DNA from: the human T2T-CHM13v2.0 reference genome, Homo sapiens
Length of the DNA: 64,000 nucleotides
NCBI RefSeq assembly: GCF_009914755.1
Contig: NC_060933.1
Reading direction: 5' to 3' (one strand)
Positions within the stretch are counted from its first letter, which is position 1; every line of letters starts with the position of its first letter. The translations under genes were made by a program, and so were the position numbers. Shown one piece after another: positions 1-13,800 of the stretch. The notes beneath the pieces are model-generated. The model ran no database searches and was not told the DNA's origin. It was given only the letters and a program-made list of their open reading frames with translations.

Positions 1-2921
1 TTCCATTCCATTCCATTCCATTCCACTCCATTCCATTGCACTCGGGTTGATTCCATTCCATTCCATTCCATTCCATTCCATTCCATTCCGGATGATTCCA
101 TTCCATTGCATTCCGTTCTATTACATTCCCCTGCACTTGCGCTGATTCCATTCCATTCCATTCCATTCCATTCGATTCCATTCCATTCCAATTCGTTCCA
201 TTCCATTCTATTCCGTACCATTCCATTCCATTCCATACCATTCCATTCCATTGCATTCCATTCCATTCCATTCCATTCCATTCCTTTCCGTTCCATTCCA
301 TTCCATTCCATTCCATTCCGTTCCGTTCCGTTCCATTCCATTCCATTCCATTCCGTTCCGTTCCGTTCCGTTCCATTCCATTCCATTCCATTCCATTCTA
401 TTCGGGTTAATTCCATTCCATTCCATTCGATTGCAATCGAGTTAATTCCATTCCATTCCATTCCATTCCATTCCTTTCCATTCCATTACGGATGATTCCA
501 TTCCATTGCATTCCATTCCATTCCATTCCCCTGTACTCGGGTTGATTCCATTCCATTCCATTCCAATCCATGCCATTCCACTCGTGTTGATTCCATTCTT
601 TCCATTCCATTCAAGTTGAATCCATTCCATTGCATTCCATTCCATTCGATTCCATTCGATTGCACTCGGGTTGATTCCATTCCATTGCATTCCATTCCAT
701 TCCATTCCATTCCATTCCATTCCGTTCCATTCCATTTCATTACATTCAGATTTATTCTATTCAATTCCCTTACACTCCATTATATTCCAATCCATTCTGG
801 TTGTTTCCATTCCATTCCATTCCATTTCACTCCATTCCATTGCAGTCGGGTTGATTGCATTCCATTCCATTCCATTGCATTCCATTCCATTCCATTCCGG
901 ATGATTCCATTCCATTGCATTCCATTCCATTCCATTCCCCTGCACTCGGGTTGATTTCATTCCATTCCATTCCATTACATTCCGTTCCATTCCATTCCAT
1001 TCCATTCGGATTGATTCTTTTCAATTCCCTTACACTCCATTACATTGCATTCCATTCGGGTAGTTTCCATTCCATTCCATTCCATTCCTCTCCATTCCAT
1101 TTCACTCGGGTTGATTCCATTCCATTCCATTCTATTCCATTCCATTCGATTCCATTCCATTCCATTCCATTCCATTGTACTCGGGTTGATTCCATTCCAT
1201 TGCATTCCATTCCATTCCATTCCATTCCATTGCATTCCATTCCGTTCCATTCTATTACATTCGGATTGATTCTATTCAACTCCCTTACTCTCCATAACAT
1301 TCCATTCCATTCGGGTTGTTCCTTTCCATTCCATTCCATTCCACTCCATTCCATTGCACTCGGGTTGATTCCATTCCAATCCATTCCATTCCATTCCATT
1401 CCATTCCATTCCATTCCATTCCATTCCATTCCGGATGATTCCATTCCATTGCACTCCGTTCCATTACATTCCCCTGCACTCGGGTTGATTCCATTCCATT
1501 CCATTCCATTCCATTCCATTCCATTCCATTCCATTCCATTCCAATTCTTTCCTTTCCATTCTATTCCGTACCATTCCATTCCATTTCATACAATTCCATT
1601 CCATTCCATTCCATTCCATTCCATTCTGTTCCGTTCCGTTCAGTTCCGTTCCATTCCATTCCATTCCATTCCATTCTATTCGGGTTAATTCCATTCCATT
1701 CCATTCCATTCCATTACTTTCCGTTCCATTCCATTCCATTCCATTCGGATTGATTCTATTCAATTCCCTTACACTCCATTACATTCCATTCCATTCGGGT
1801 AGTTTCCATTCCATTCCATTCCATTCCATTGTACTCGGGTTGATTCCATTCCATTGCATTCCATTCCATTCCATTCCATTCCATTACATTCCGTTCCATT
1901 CCATTACATTCGGATTGATTCTATTCAATTCCCTTACACTCCATTACATTCCATTGCATTCCATTCCATTCCATTCCATTTCGTTCCATTCCATTCTATT
2001 CCGTATCATTCCATTCCATTCCATTCCATTGCATTCCATTCCATTCCATTCCACTCGTGTTGATTTCATTCCTTTCCATTCCATTCGGTTTGAAAGCATT
2101 CCATTCCATTCCATTCCATTCCATTCCATTCCATTCCATTCCATTGTACTCCGGTTGATTCCATTCCATTGCATTCCATTCCATTCCATTCCATTCCATT
2201 CCGTTGCGTTCCATTCCATTACATTCGGATTGATTCTATTCAACTCCCTTATTCTCCATTACATTCCATTCCATTCGGGTTGTTCCATTCCATTCCATTC
2301 CATTCCACTCCATTGCATTGCACTCGGGTTGATTCCATTCCATTCCATTCCATTCCATTCCATTCCATTCCGGATGATTCCATTCTATTGCATTCCGTTC
2401 CATTTCATTCCCCTGCACTCGCGTTGATTCCATTCCATTCCATTCCATTCCATTCAATTCCATTCCATTACAATTCGTTCCATTCCATTCTATTCCGTAC
2501 CATTCCATTCCAATCCATACCATTCTATTCCATTCCATTCCATTCCATTCCATTCCATTCCATTCTATTCCATTCCATTCCATTCCATTCCGGATGATTC
2601 CATTCAATTGCATTCCGTTCCATTACATTCCGCTGCACTCGGGTTGATTCCTTCCCATTCCATTCCATTCTATTCCATTCCATTCCATTCCAATTCTTTC
2701 CTTTCCATTCTATTCCATACCATTCCATTCCATTTCATACAATTCCATTCCATTCCATTCCATTCCATTCCATTCCATTCCGTTCCTTTCCGTTCCGTTC
2801 CGTTCCATTCCATTCCATTCCATTCTATTCGCGTTAATTCCATTCCATTCCATTCCATTCCATTATATTCCATTCCATTGCAATCGAGTTGAATCCATTG
2901 CATTCCATTCCATTCCATTCC

Positions 2922-2936
2922 ATTCCGGAAGATTCC
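2922..2936. promoter_or_regulatory. Consensus three-unit heat-shock element (nTTCn-nGAAn-nTTCn); representative of ~28 copies in the window
   Basis: ATTCC-GGAAG-ATTCC equals TTCnnGAAnnTTC. The motif match is direct; function at this locus is only inferred from known HSF1 binding to Sat III. Confidence 0.5.
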
Positions 2937-5256
2937 ATTCCATTGCATTCCATTCCATTCCATTCCCCTGCATTCGCGTTTATTCCTTTCAATTCCATTC
3001 CGTTCCATTCCATTCCATTCCGTTCCGCTCCATTCCATTCCATTCCATTCCATTCCATTCCATTCCGTTCCGTTCCGTTCCATTCCATTCTATTCCGTTC
3101 TATTCGGGTTAATTCCATTCCATTCCATTCGATTGCAATCGAGATGATTCCATTCCATTCCATTCCATTCCATTCCATTCCATTCCATTCCATTCCTTTC
3201 CATTACATTACGGATGATTCCATTCCATTGCATTCCATTCCATTCCATTCCCCTGTACTCGGGTTGATTCCATTCCATTCCATTCCATTCCATGCCACTC
3301 CACTCGTGTTGATTCCATTCTTTCCATTCCATTCAAGTTGAATCCATTCCATTGCATTCCATTCCATTCGATTCCATTCGATTGCACTCGTGTTGATTCC
3401 ATTCCATTTCATTCCATTCCATTCCATTCCATTCCATTCCATTCCATTCCCTTCCATTCCATTCCATTACATTCGGATTGATTCTATTCAATTCCCTTAC
3501 ACTCCATTACATTCCATTCCATTCGGGTAGTTTCCATTCCATTCCATTCCATTCCTTTCCATTCCATTGCACTCGGGTTGATTCCATTCCATTCCATTCC
3601 ATTCCATTCCATTCCATTCCATTCCATTCCGGATGATTCCATTCCATTGAATTCCATTCCATTCCATTCCCCTCCACTTGGGTTGATTCCATTCCATTCC
3701 ATTCCATTCCTTTCCGTTCCATTCCATTCCATTCCATTCCATTCCATTGTATTCGTGTTAATTCCATTCCATTCTATTCCATTCCATTCCATTGAAATCG
3801 AGTTGATTCCATTCCATTCCATTCCATTCCTTTCCGGATGATTCCATTCAATTGCATTCCATTCCATTCCATTCCCCTGCACTCGGGTTGAATCCATTCC
3901 ATTCCGTTCCATTCCATTCCATTCCATTCTATTCGGGTTAATTCCATTCCATTCCATTCCACTCCATTCCAGTCCTTTGCATTCCATTCCACTAGGGTTG
4001 ATTCCATTCTATTCCTTTCCATTACATTCCATTCCATTGCAATCGAGTTGATTCCATTCGAGTTGAATCCATTCCATTCCATTCCATTACATTACATTGC
4101 ACACGGGTTCATTCCATTCCATTCCATTCCATTCCATTCCATTCCATTCCATTCCATTTCATTCCGTTCCACTCTATTCCGTACCATTCCATTCCATCCC
4201 ATTCCATTCCATTCCATTCCATTCCATGCCATTACACTCGGGTTGATTCCATTCCTTTCCATTCCATTCTTGTTGAATCCATTCCATTCCATTCCATTTA
4301 ATTCGAATCCTTTCCATTGCACTCGGGTTGATTCCATTCCATTCCGTTCCATTCCATTTCATTCCATTCCATTCCATTACATTCGGATTGATTCTATTCA
4401 GTTCCCTTACACTCCATTACATTCCATTCCATTCGGGATGTTTCCATTCCATTCCATTCCATTCCACTCCATTCCATTGCATCGGGTTGATTGCATTCCA
4501 TTCCATTCCATTCCATTCCGGATGATTCCATTCCAATGCATTCCATTCCATTCCATTCCCCTGCACTCGGGTTGATTACATTCCATACCATTCACTTCCA
4601 TTCCATTCCATTCCACTCCGGATGATTGCATTCCATTGCTTTCCATTCCATTCCATTCCATTGCAATGGAGTTGATTCCATTCCATTCCATTCCATTCCA
4701 TTCCATTCCATTCCATTCCATTCCATTCCATTCTATTCGGGTTAATTCCATTCCATTCCATTCCATTCCATTCCATTCCATTCCATTGCAATCGAGTTGA
4801 TTCCATTCCATTCCATTCCATTCCATTCCATTGCATTCCAATCGATTTGATTCCATTCCATTCCATTCCATTCCACTCCATTCCAGTCCTTTCCATTCCA
4901 TTCATCTCGGGTTGATTCCATTCTATTCCTTTCCATTCCATTCCATTCCATTGCAATCGAGTTGATTCCTTTCGAGTTGAATCCATTCCATACCATTCCA
5001 TTCCATTACATTGCACACGGGCTCATTCCATTCCATTCCATTCCATTCCATTCCATTCCATTCCATTTCATTCCATTCCATTCTATTCCGTACCATTCCA
5101 TTCCATCCCATTCCATTCCATTCCATTCCATGCCATTACACTCGGGTTGATTCCATTCCTTTCCATTCCATTACACTCGGGTTGATTCCATTCCTTTCCA
5201 TTCCATTCTTGTTGAATCCATTCCATTCCATTCCATTCCATTCGAATCCATTCCAT

Positions 5257-5576
5257 TGCACTCGGGTTGATTCCATTCCATTCCATTCCATTCCATTTCA
5301 TTCCATTCCATTACATTACATTCCGATTGATTCTATTCAATTCCCTTACACTCCATTACATTCCATTCCATTCGGGTAGTTTCCATTCCATTCCATTCCA
5401 TTCCTCTCCATTCCATTGCACTCGGGTTGATTCCATTCCATTCCATTCCATTCCATTTCATTCCATTCCATTACATTACATTCCGATTGATTCTATTCAA
5501 TTCCCTTACACTCCATTACATTCCATTCCATTCGGGATGTTTCCATTCCATTCCATTCCATTCCACTCCATTCCAT
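5257..5576 (+). repeat. 160-bp tandem doublet (also at ~34165-34485 and ~46190-46510)
   Basis: CATTTCATTCCATTCCATTACATTACATTCCGATTGATTCTATTCAATTCCC is repeated at a 160-bp offset in all three places (ORF starts 5267/5427, 34175/34335, 46198/46358). Confidence 0.9.
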
Positions 5577-7800
5577 TGCATCGGGTTGATTCCATTCCAT
5601 TCCATTCCATTCCGGATGATTCCATTCGATTGCATTCCATTGCATTCCTTTCCCCTGCACTCGGGTTGATTACATTCCATTTCCTTCCCTTCCATTCCTT
5701 TCCATTCCGTTCCATTCCATTCTATTCGGGTGAATTCCATTCCATTCCATTCCATTCCATTCCATTCCATTCCATTCCATTCCATTGCAATCGACTTGAT
5801 TCCATTCCATTCCATTCCATTCCATTCCAATCGTGTTGATTCCATTCCTTTCCATTCCATTCGGTTTGAAGCCATTCCATTCCATTTAATTCCATTCCAT
5901 TCCATTCCATTCCATTCCATTCCATTCCATTTCATTCCATTGTACTCGGGTTGATTCCATTCCATTGCATTCCATTCCATTCCATTCAATTCCATTCCGT
6001 TCCATTCCATTCCATCACATTCGGATTGATTCTATTCAACTCCCTTACTCTCAAATACATTCCATTCCATTCGGATTGATTCTATTCAACTCCCTGACTC
6101 TCCATTACATTCCATTCCATTCGGGTTGTTCCATTCCATTCCATTCCATTCCACTCCATTGCATTGCACTCGGGTTGATTCCATTCCACTCCATTCCATT
6201 CCATTCTATTCCGGATGATTCCATTCCATTGCATTCCCTTCTATTACATTCCCCTGCACTCGCGTTGATTCCATTCCATTCCATTCCATTCCATTCCATT
6301 CCGTTCCATTCCATTCCAATTCTTTCCATTCCGTTCTATTGCGTACCATTGCATTCCATTCCATACCATTCCATTCCATTCCATTCCATTCCATTCCATT
6401 CCGTTCCATTCCATTCCATTCCATTCTATTAGGGTTAATTCCATTCCATTCCATTCCATTCCATTCTATTCCATTCCATTGCAATCGAGTTGAATCCATT
6501 GCATTCCATTCCATTCCATTCCATTCTATTCAGGTTAATTCCATTCCATTCGATTGCAATCGAGTTCATTCCATTCCATTCCATTCCTTTCCATTCCATT
6601 ACTGATGATTCCATTCCATTGCATTCCATTCCATTCCATTCTCCTGTACACGGGTTGATTCCATTCCATTCCATTCCAATCCATGCCCTTCCACTCGTGT
6701 TGATTCCTTTCTTTCCATTCCATTCAAGTTGAATCCATTCCATTGCGTTCCATTCAATTCGATTCCATTCGATTGCACTCGGGTTCATTCCATTCCATTG
6801 CATTCCATTCCATTCCATTCCATTCCATTCCGTTCCATTCCATTCCATTACATGCGGATTAATTCTATTCAATTCCCTTACACTATATTACATTCCATTC
6901 CATTCGGGTAGTTTCCATTCCATTCCATTCCATTCCACTCCATTCCACTGCACTCGGGTTGATTCCATTCCATTCCATTCCATTCCATTCCATTGTACTC
7001 GGGTTGATTCCATTCCATTGCATTCCATTCCATTCCATTCCATACCATTCCATTCCATTCCGTTCCATTCCATTGCATTCGGATTTATTCTATACAACTC
7101 CCTTACTCTCCATTACATTCCATTCCATTCGGATTCTTCCATTCCATTCCATTCCATTCCACTCCATTCCATTGCACTCGGGTTGATTCCATTCCATTCC
7201 ATTCCATTCCATTCCATTCCATTCCGGATGATTCCATTCCATTGCATTTCGTTCCATTACATTCCCCTGCACTCGGGTTGATTCCATTCCATTCCATTCC
7301 CTTCCATTCGATTCCATTCCATTCCAATTCTTTCCATTCCATTCTATTCCGTACCATTCCATTCCATTCCATACAATTCCATTCCATTCCATTCCATTCC
7401 ATTCCATTCCATTCCATTCCGTTCCGTTCCGATCCGTACCGTTCCGTTCCATTCCATTCCATTCCATTCTATTCAGGTTAATTCCATTCCATTCCATTCC
7501 ATTCCATTCTTTTCCATTCCATTGCAATCGAGTTGAATCCATTGCATTCCATTCCATTCCATTCCATTCCATTCCATACCATTCCATTCCATTCCGGAAG
7601 ATTCCATTCCATTGCATTCCATTCCATTCCATTCCCCTGCACTCGCGTTTATTCCTTTCAATTCCATTTCATTCCATTCCATTCCATTCCGTTCCTCTCC
7701 ATTCCATTGCATTCCATTCCATTCCATTCCATTCCATTCCGTTCCGTTCCGTTCCATTCCATTCCATTCCATTCTATTCGGGTTAATTCCATTCCATTCC

Positions 7801-7818
7801 ATTCGATTGCAATCGAAT
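7801..7818. other. 18-bp perfect palindrome ATTCGATTGCAATCGAAT (also 22968-22985, 35671-35688, 50656-50673); its 14-bp core TCGATTGCAATCGA recurs throughout
   Basis: The sequence equals its own reverse complement. Confidence 0.9.
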
Positions 7819-10800
7819 TGATTCCATTCCATTCCATTCCATTCCATTCCATTCCATTCCATTCCTTTCCATTCCATTACGGATGATTCCATTCCATTGC
7901 ATTCCATTCCATTCCATTCCCCTGTACTCGGGTTGATTCCATTGTATTCCATTCCATTCCATTCCATTCCGGATGATTCCATTCCATTGCATTCCGTTCT
8001 ATTACATTCCCCTGCACTCGCGCTGATTCCATTCCATTCCATTCCATTCCATTCGATTCCATTCCATTCCAATTCGTTCCATTCCATTCTATTCCGTACC
8101 ATTCCATTGCATTCCATACCATTCCATTCCATTGCATTCCATTCCATTCCATTCCATTCCATTCCATTCCTTTCCGTTCCATTCCATTCCATTCCATTCC
8201 ATTCCATTCCATTCCGTTCCGTTCCATTCCATTCCATTCCATTCCATTCCATTCCATTCCTTTCCGTTCCGTTCCTTTCCATTCCATTCCATTCCATTCC
8301 TTTCTATTCGGGTTAATTCCATTCCATTCCATTCGATTGCAATCGAGTTGATTCCATTCCATTCCATTCCATTCCATTCCTTTCCATTCCATTACGGATG
8401 ATTCCATTCCATTGCATTCCATTCCATTCAATTCCCCTGTACTCGGGTTGATTCCATTCCATTCCATTCCAATCCATGCCATTCCACTCGTGTTGATTCC
8501 ATTCTTTCCATTCCATTCAAGTTGAATCCATTCCATTGCATTCCATTCCATTCGATTCCATTCGATTGCACTCGGGTTGATTCCATTCCATTGCATTCCA
8601 TTCCATTCCATTCCATTCCATTCCATTCCATTCCGTTCAATTCCATTCCATTACATTCGGATTGATTCTATTCAATTCCCTTACACTCCCTTCCATTCCA
8701 TTCCATTCGGGTAGTTTCCATTCCATTCCATTCCATTCCATTGCACTCGGGTTGATTCCATTCCATTGCATTCCATTCCATTCAATTCCATTCCGTTCCA
8801 TTCCATTCCATTACATTCGGATTGATTCTATTCAACTCCCTTACTCTCTATTACATTCCATTCCATTCGGGTTGTTCCATTACATTCCATTCCATTCCAC
8901 TCCATTCCATTGCACTCGGGTTGATTCCATTCCATTCCATTCCATTCCATTCCATTCCATTCCATTCCATTGCTTTCCGTTCCATTCCATTCCATTCCAT
9001 TCCATTCCAATCCATTCCATTCCGTTGCGTTCCGTTCCATTCCATTCCATTCCATTCTATTCGGGTTAATTCCATTCCATTCCATTCGATTGCAATCGAG
9101 TTGATTCCATTCCATTCCATTCCATTCCATTCCATTCCATTCGTTTCCATTCCATTACGGATGATTCAATTCCATTGCATTCCATTCCATTCCATTCCCC
9201 TGTACTCGGGTTGATTCCATTCCATTCCATTCCAATCCATGCCATTCCACTCGTGTTGATTCCATTCTTTCCATTCCATTCAAGTTGAATCCATTCCATT
9301 GCATTCCATTCCATTCCATTACCCTGCAGTCGGGTTGTTTCCATTCCATTCCATTCCATTCCATTCCATTCCATTCTGTTCCGTTCCGTTCCGTTCCATT
9401 CCATTCCATTCCATTCTATTCGGGTTAATTCCATTCCATTCCATTCCATTCCATTCCATTCCATTCCATTCCAATCGAGTTGATTCCATTCCATTCCATT
9501 CCATTCCATTCCACTCCATTCCAGTCCTTTCCATTCCATTCCACTCGGGTTGATTCCAATGTATTCCTTTCCACTCCATTCCATTCCATAGCAATCGAGT
9601 TGATTCCATTGCTTTGCATTCCATTCCATTCCATTCCATTCCATTCCGGATGATTCCATTCCATTGCATTCCATTCCATTCCGTTCCCCTGCACTCGGGT
9701 TGATTCCATTCCATTCCACTCCATTCCGTTCCATTCCATTCCATTGCTTTGTATTCGGGTTTATTCCATTCCATTCCATTCCATTCCATTCCATTCCATT
9801 ACAATCGAGTTGATTCCATTCCATTCCATTCCATTCCAGTCCTTTCCATTCCATTCCTCTCGGGTTGATTCCATTCTATTAGTTTCCATTCCATTCCATT
9901 CCCTTCCATTCCACTCAGGTTTTTTCCATTCCTTTCCATTCCACTCGAATACATTCCCTCCTATTCCACTTGGAATGATTCCATTGCATTCCATTCCATT
10001 CCATTCCATTCCATTCCATTCCATTCCATTCCATTCCATTTCGTTCCATTCCATTCTATTCCGTATCATTCCATTCCATTCCATTCCATTCCATTCCATT
10101 CCATTCCATTCCATTCCATTGTACTCGGGTTGATTCAATTCCATTGCATTGCATTCCATTCCATTCCATTCCGTTGCATTCCATTCCATTACATTCGGAT
10201 TGATTCTATTCAACTCCCTTACTCTCCATTACATTCCATTCCATTCGGGTTGTTCCATTCCATTCCATTCCATTCCACTCCATTCCATTGCACTCGGGTT
10301 GATTCCATTCCATTCCATTCCATTCCATTCCATTACGGATGATTCCATTCCATTGCATTCCGTTCCATTACATTCCCCTTCACTCGCGTTGATTCCATTC
10401 CATTCCATTCCATTCCATTCAATTCCATTCCATTACAATTCGTTCCATTCCATTCTATTCCGTACCATTCCATTCCATTCCATACCATTCCATTCCATTC
10501 CATTCCATTCCATTCCGTTCCATTCCGTTCCATTCCATTCCATTCCATTCTATTCGAATTAATTCCATTCCATTCCCTTCCATTCTATTCCATTCCATTG
10601 CAATCGAGTTGAATCCATTGCATTTCATTCCATTCCATTCCATTCCATTCCATTCCGTTCCATTCCATTCCATTCCATTCTATTCGAATTAATTCCATTC
10701 CATTCCATTCCATTCCATTCTATTCCATTCCATTGCAATCGAGTTGAATCCATTGCATTTCATTCCATTCCATTTCTTTCCATTCCATTCCAGAAGATTC

Positions 10801-13800
10801 CATCCCATTGCATTCCATTCCATTCCATTCCCCTGCACTCGCGTTGATTCCATTCCATTCCATTCCATTCCATTCCATTCCATTCCATTCCGTTCCGTTC
10901 CATTCCATTCCATTCCATTCCATTCCGTTCCGTTCCATTCCATTCCATTCCATTCTATTCGGGTTAATTCCATTCCATTCCATTCGATTGCAATCGAGTT
11001 GATTCCATTCCATTCCATTCCATTCCATTCCATTCCATTCCATTCCTTTCCATTCCATTACGGATGATTCCATTCCATTGCATTCCATACCATTCCATTC
11101 CCCTATACTCGGGTTGATTCCATTCCATTCCTTTCCAATCCATGCCATTCCACTCGTGTTGATTCCATTCTTTCCATTCCATTCAAGTTGAATCCATTCC
11201 ATTGCATTCCATTCCATTCGATTCCATTCGATTGCACTCGGGTTGATTCCATTCTATTGCATTCCATTCCATTCCATTACATTCAATTCCATTCCGTTCC
11301 ATTCCATTTCATTACATTCAGATTGATTGTATTCAATTCCCTTACACTCCATTATATTCCAATCCATTCTGGTTGTCTGCATTCCATTCCATTCTATTTC
11401 ACTCCATTCCATTGCACTCGGGTTGATTCCATTCCATTCCATTCCATTCCATTGCATTCCATTCCATTCCATTCCGGATGATTCCATTCCATTGCATTCC
11501 ATTCCATTCCATTCCCCTTCACTCGGGTTGATTCCATTCCATTCCATTACATTACATTCCGTTCCATTCCATTCCATTCCATTCGGATTGATTCTATTCA
11601 ATTCCCTTACACTCCATTACATTCCATTCCATTCGGGTAGTTTCCATTCCATTCCATTCCATTCCTCTCCATTCCATTGCACTCGGGTTGATTCCATTCC
11701 ATTCCATTCCATTCCATTCCATTATATTACATTCCATTCCATTCCGTTCCATTGTACTCGGGTTGAATCCATTCCATTGCATTCCATTCCATTCCATTCC
11801 ATTCCATTCCATTCCATTCCATTCCATTCCGTTCCATTCCAGTACATTCGGATTGATTCTATTCAACTCCCTTACTCTCCATTACATTCCATTCCATTCG
11901 AGTTGTTCCATTACATTCCATTCCATTCCACTCCATTCCATTGCGCTCGGGTTGATTCCATTCCATTCCACTCCATTCCGTTCCATTCCATTCCATTCCA
12001 TTTTACTCGGGTTAATTCCATTCCATTCCATTCCATTCCATTCCATTCCATTCCATTCCATTACAATCGAGTTGATTCCATTCCATTCCATTCCATTCCA
12101 TTCCATTCCAGTCCTTTCCATTCCATTCCACTCGGGTTGATTCCATTTTATTAGTTTCCATTCCATTCCATTCCCTTCCATTCCACTCTGGTTCATTCCA
12201 TTCCTTTCCATTCCACTCGAATACATTCCCTCCTATTCCACTCGGAACGATTCCATTCCATTCCATTCCATTCCATTCCATTCCATTCCATTCCATTCCA
12301 GTTCGTTCCATTCCATTCTATTCCGTACCATTCCATTCCTTTCCACTCGTGTTGATTCCATTCCTTTCCATTCCATTCGGTTTGAAGGCATTCCATTCCA
12401 TTCCATTCCATTCCATTCCATTCCATTCCATTCCATTCTATTCCATTCCATTGCAATCGAGTTTAATCCATTGCCTTTCATTCCATTCCATTCCATTCCA
12501 TTCCATTCCGGAAGATTGCATTCCATTACATTCCATTCCATTCCATTCCCCTGCACTCGCGTTGATTCCATTCCATTCCATTGCATTCCATTCCGTTCCG
12601 TTCCATTCCATTCCATTCCATTCCATTCCATTCCGTTCCGTTCCATTCCATTCCATTCCATTCTATTCGGGTTAATTCCATTCCATTCCATTCGATTGCC
12701 ATCGAGTTGATTCCATTCCATTCCATTCCATTCCATTCCATTCCATTCCATTCCATTACGGATGACTCCATTCCATTGCATTCCATTCCATTCCATTCCC
12801 CTGTACTCGGGTTGATTCCATTCCATTCCATTCCACTCCATTCGGTTCCGTTGCATTCCATTCTATTGCATTCCATTCTATTCGGGTTAATTCCATTGCA
12901 TTCTATTCCATTCCATTCCATTCCATTCCATTGCAATGGAGTTGATTCCATTCCATTCCATTCCATTCCGCATGATTCCATTCCATTGCATTCCATTCCA
13001 TTCCATTCCCCTGCACTCGTGTTGATTCCATTCCCTTCCATTCCATTCCATTCCGTTCCATTCCATTCCATTCCATTCTATTCCGGTTAATTCCATTCCA
13101 TTCTATTCCATTCCATTCCATTCCATTCCATTGCAATCCAGTTGATTCCATTCCATTCCTTTCCATTCCATTCCATTGCCTTGCATTTCACGGGTTGATT
13201 CCATTCCCTTCTTTCCACTCCATTACATTCCCTTCCATGATTGATTCCATTCCAATCCATTCCATTTCATTCCATTGCAATCCATTCCAATCCATTCCAT
13301 TCCATTCCATTCCACTCGAGTTGACTTCATTCCATTCCTTTCCATTCCATTCCATTCCTTTCCACTCGAGTTGATTCCATTCCATTCCAATCCATTGCAT
13401 TCCATTCCATGCCATTCCACTCGGGTTGATTCCATTCCTTTGCATTCCATTCCATTCCATTCCGTTCCATTCCATTCCATTCCATTACATTCCGTTGCAT
13501 TCCATTCCATTACATTCGAATTGATTCTATTCAACTCCCTTACTCTCCATTACATTCCATTCCATTCTGGTTGTTCCATTCCTTTCAATTCCATTCCACT
13601 CCATTCCATTGCACTCGGGTTGATTCCATTCCATTCCATTCCATTCCGGATGATTCCATTCCATTGCATTCCGTTCCATTACATTCCCCTGCACTCGCGT
13701 TGATTCCATTCCATTCCATTCCATTCCATTCAATTCCATTCCATTAAAATTCGTTCCATAGCATTCTATTCCGTACCATTGCATTCCATTCCATACCATT

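Larger units (their letters stand above)
100..8500 (+). repeat. Reference higher-order block 'S' (~7.9 kb; its end at ~8.0-8.6 kb re-enters the sequence seen at ~0.1-0.7 kb)
   Basis: GCATTCCGTTCTATTACATTCCCCTGCACT(T/C)GCGCTGATT occurs at ~108 and ~7989. The block carries rare words (CATTCGCGTTTATTCC 2971, GCACACGGG 4099/5013) that recur only in 30-50 kb. Confidence 0.7.

Noticed and set aside
2923-2930. TTCCGGAA as a STAT/GAS element
   Set aside because: GAS sites need TTC-N3(or N4)-GAA. The spacing here is N2, which fits an HSE instead.
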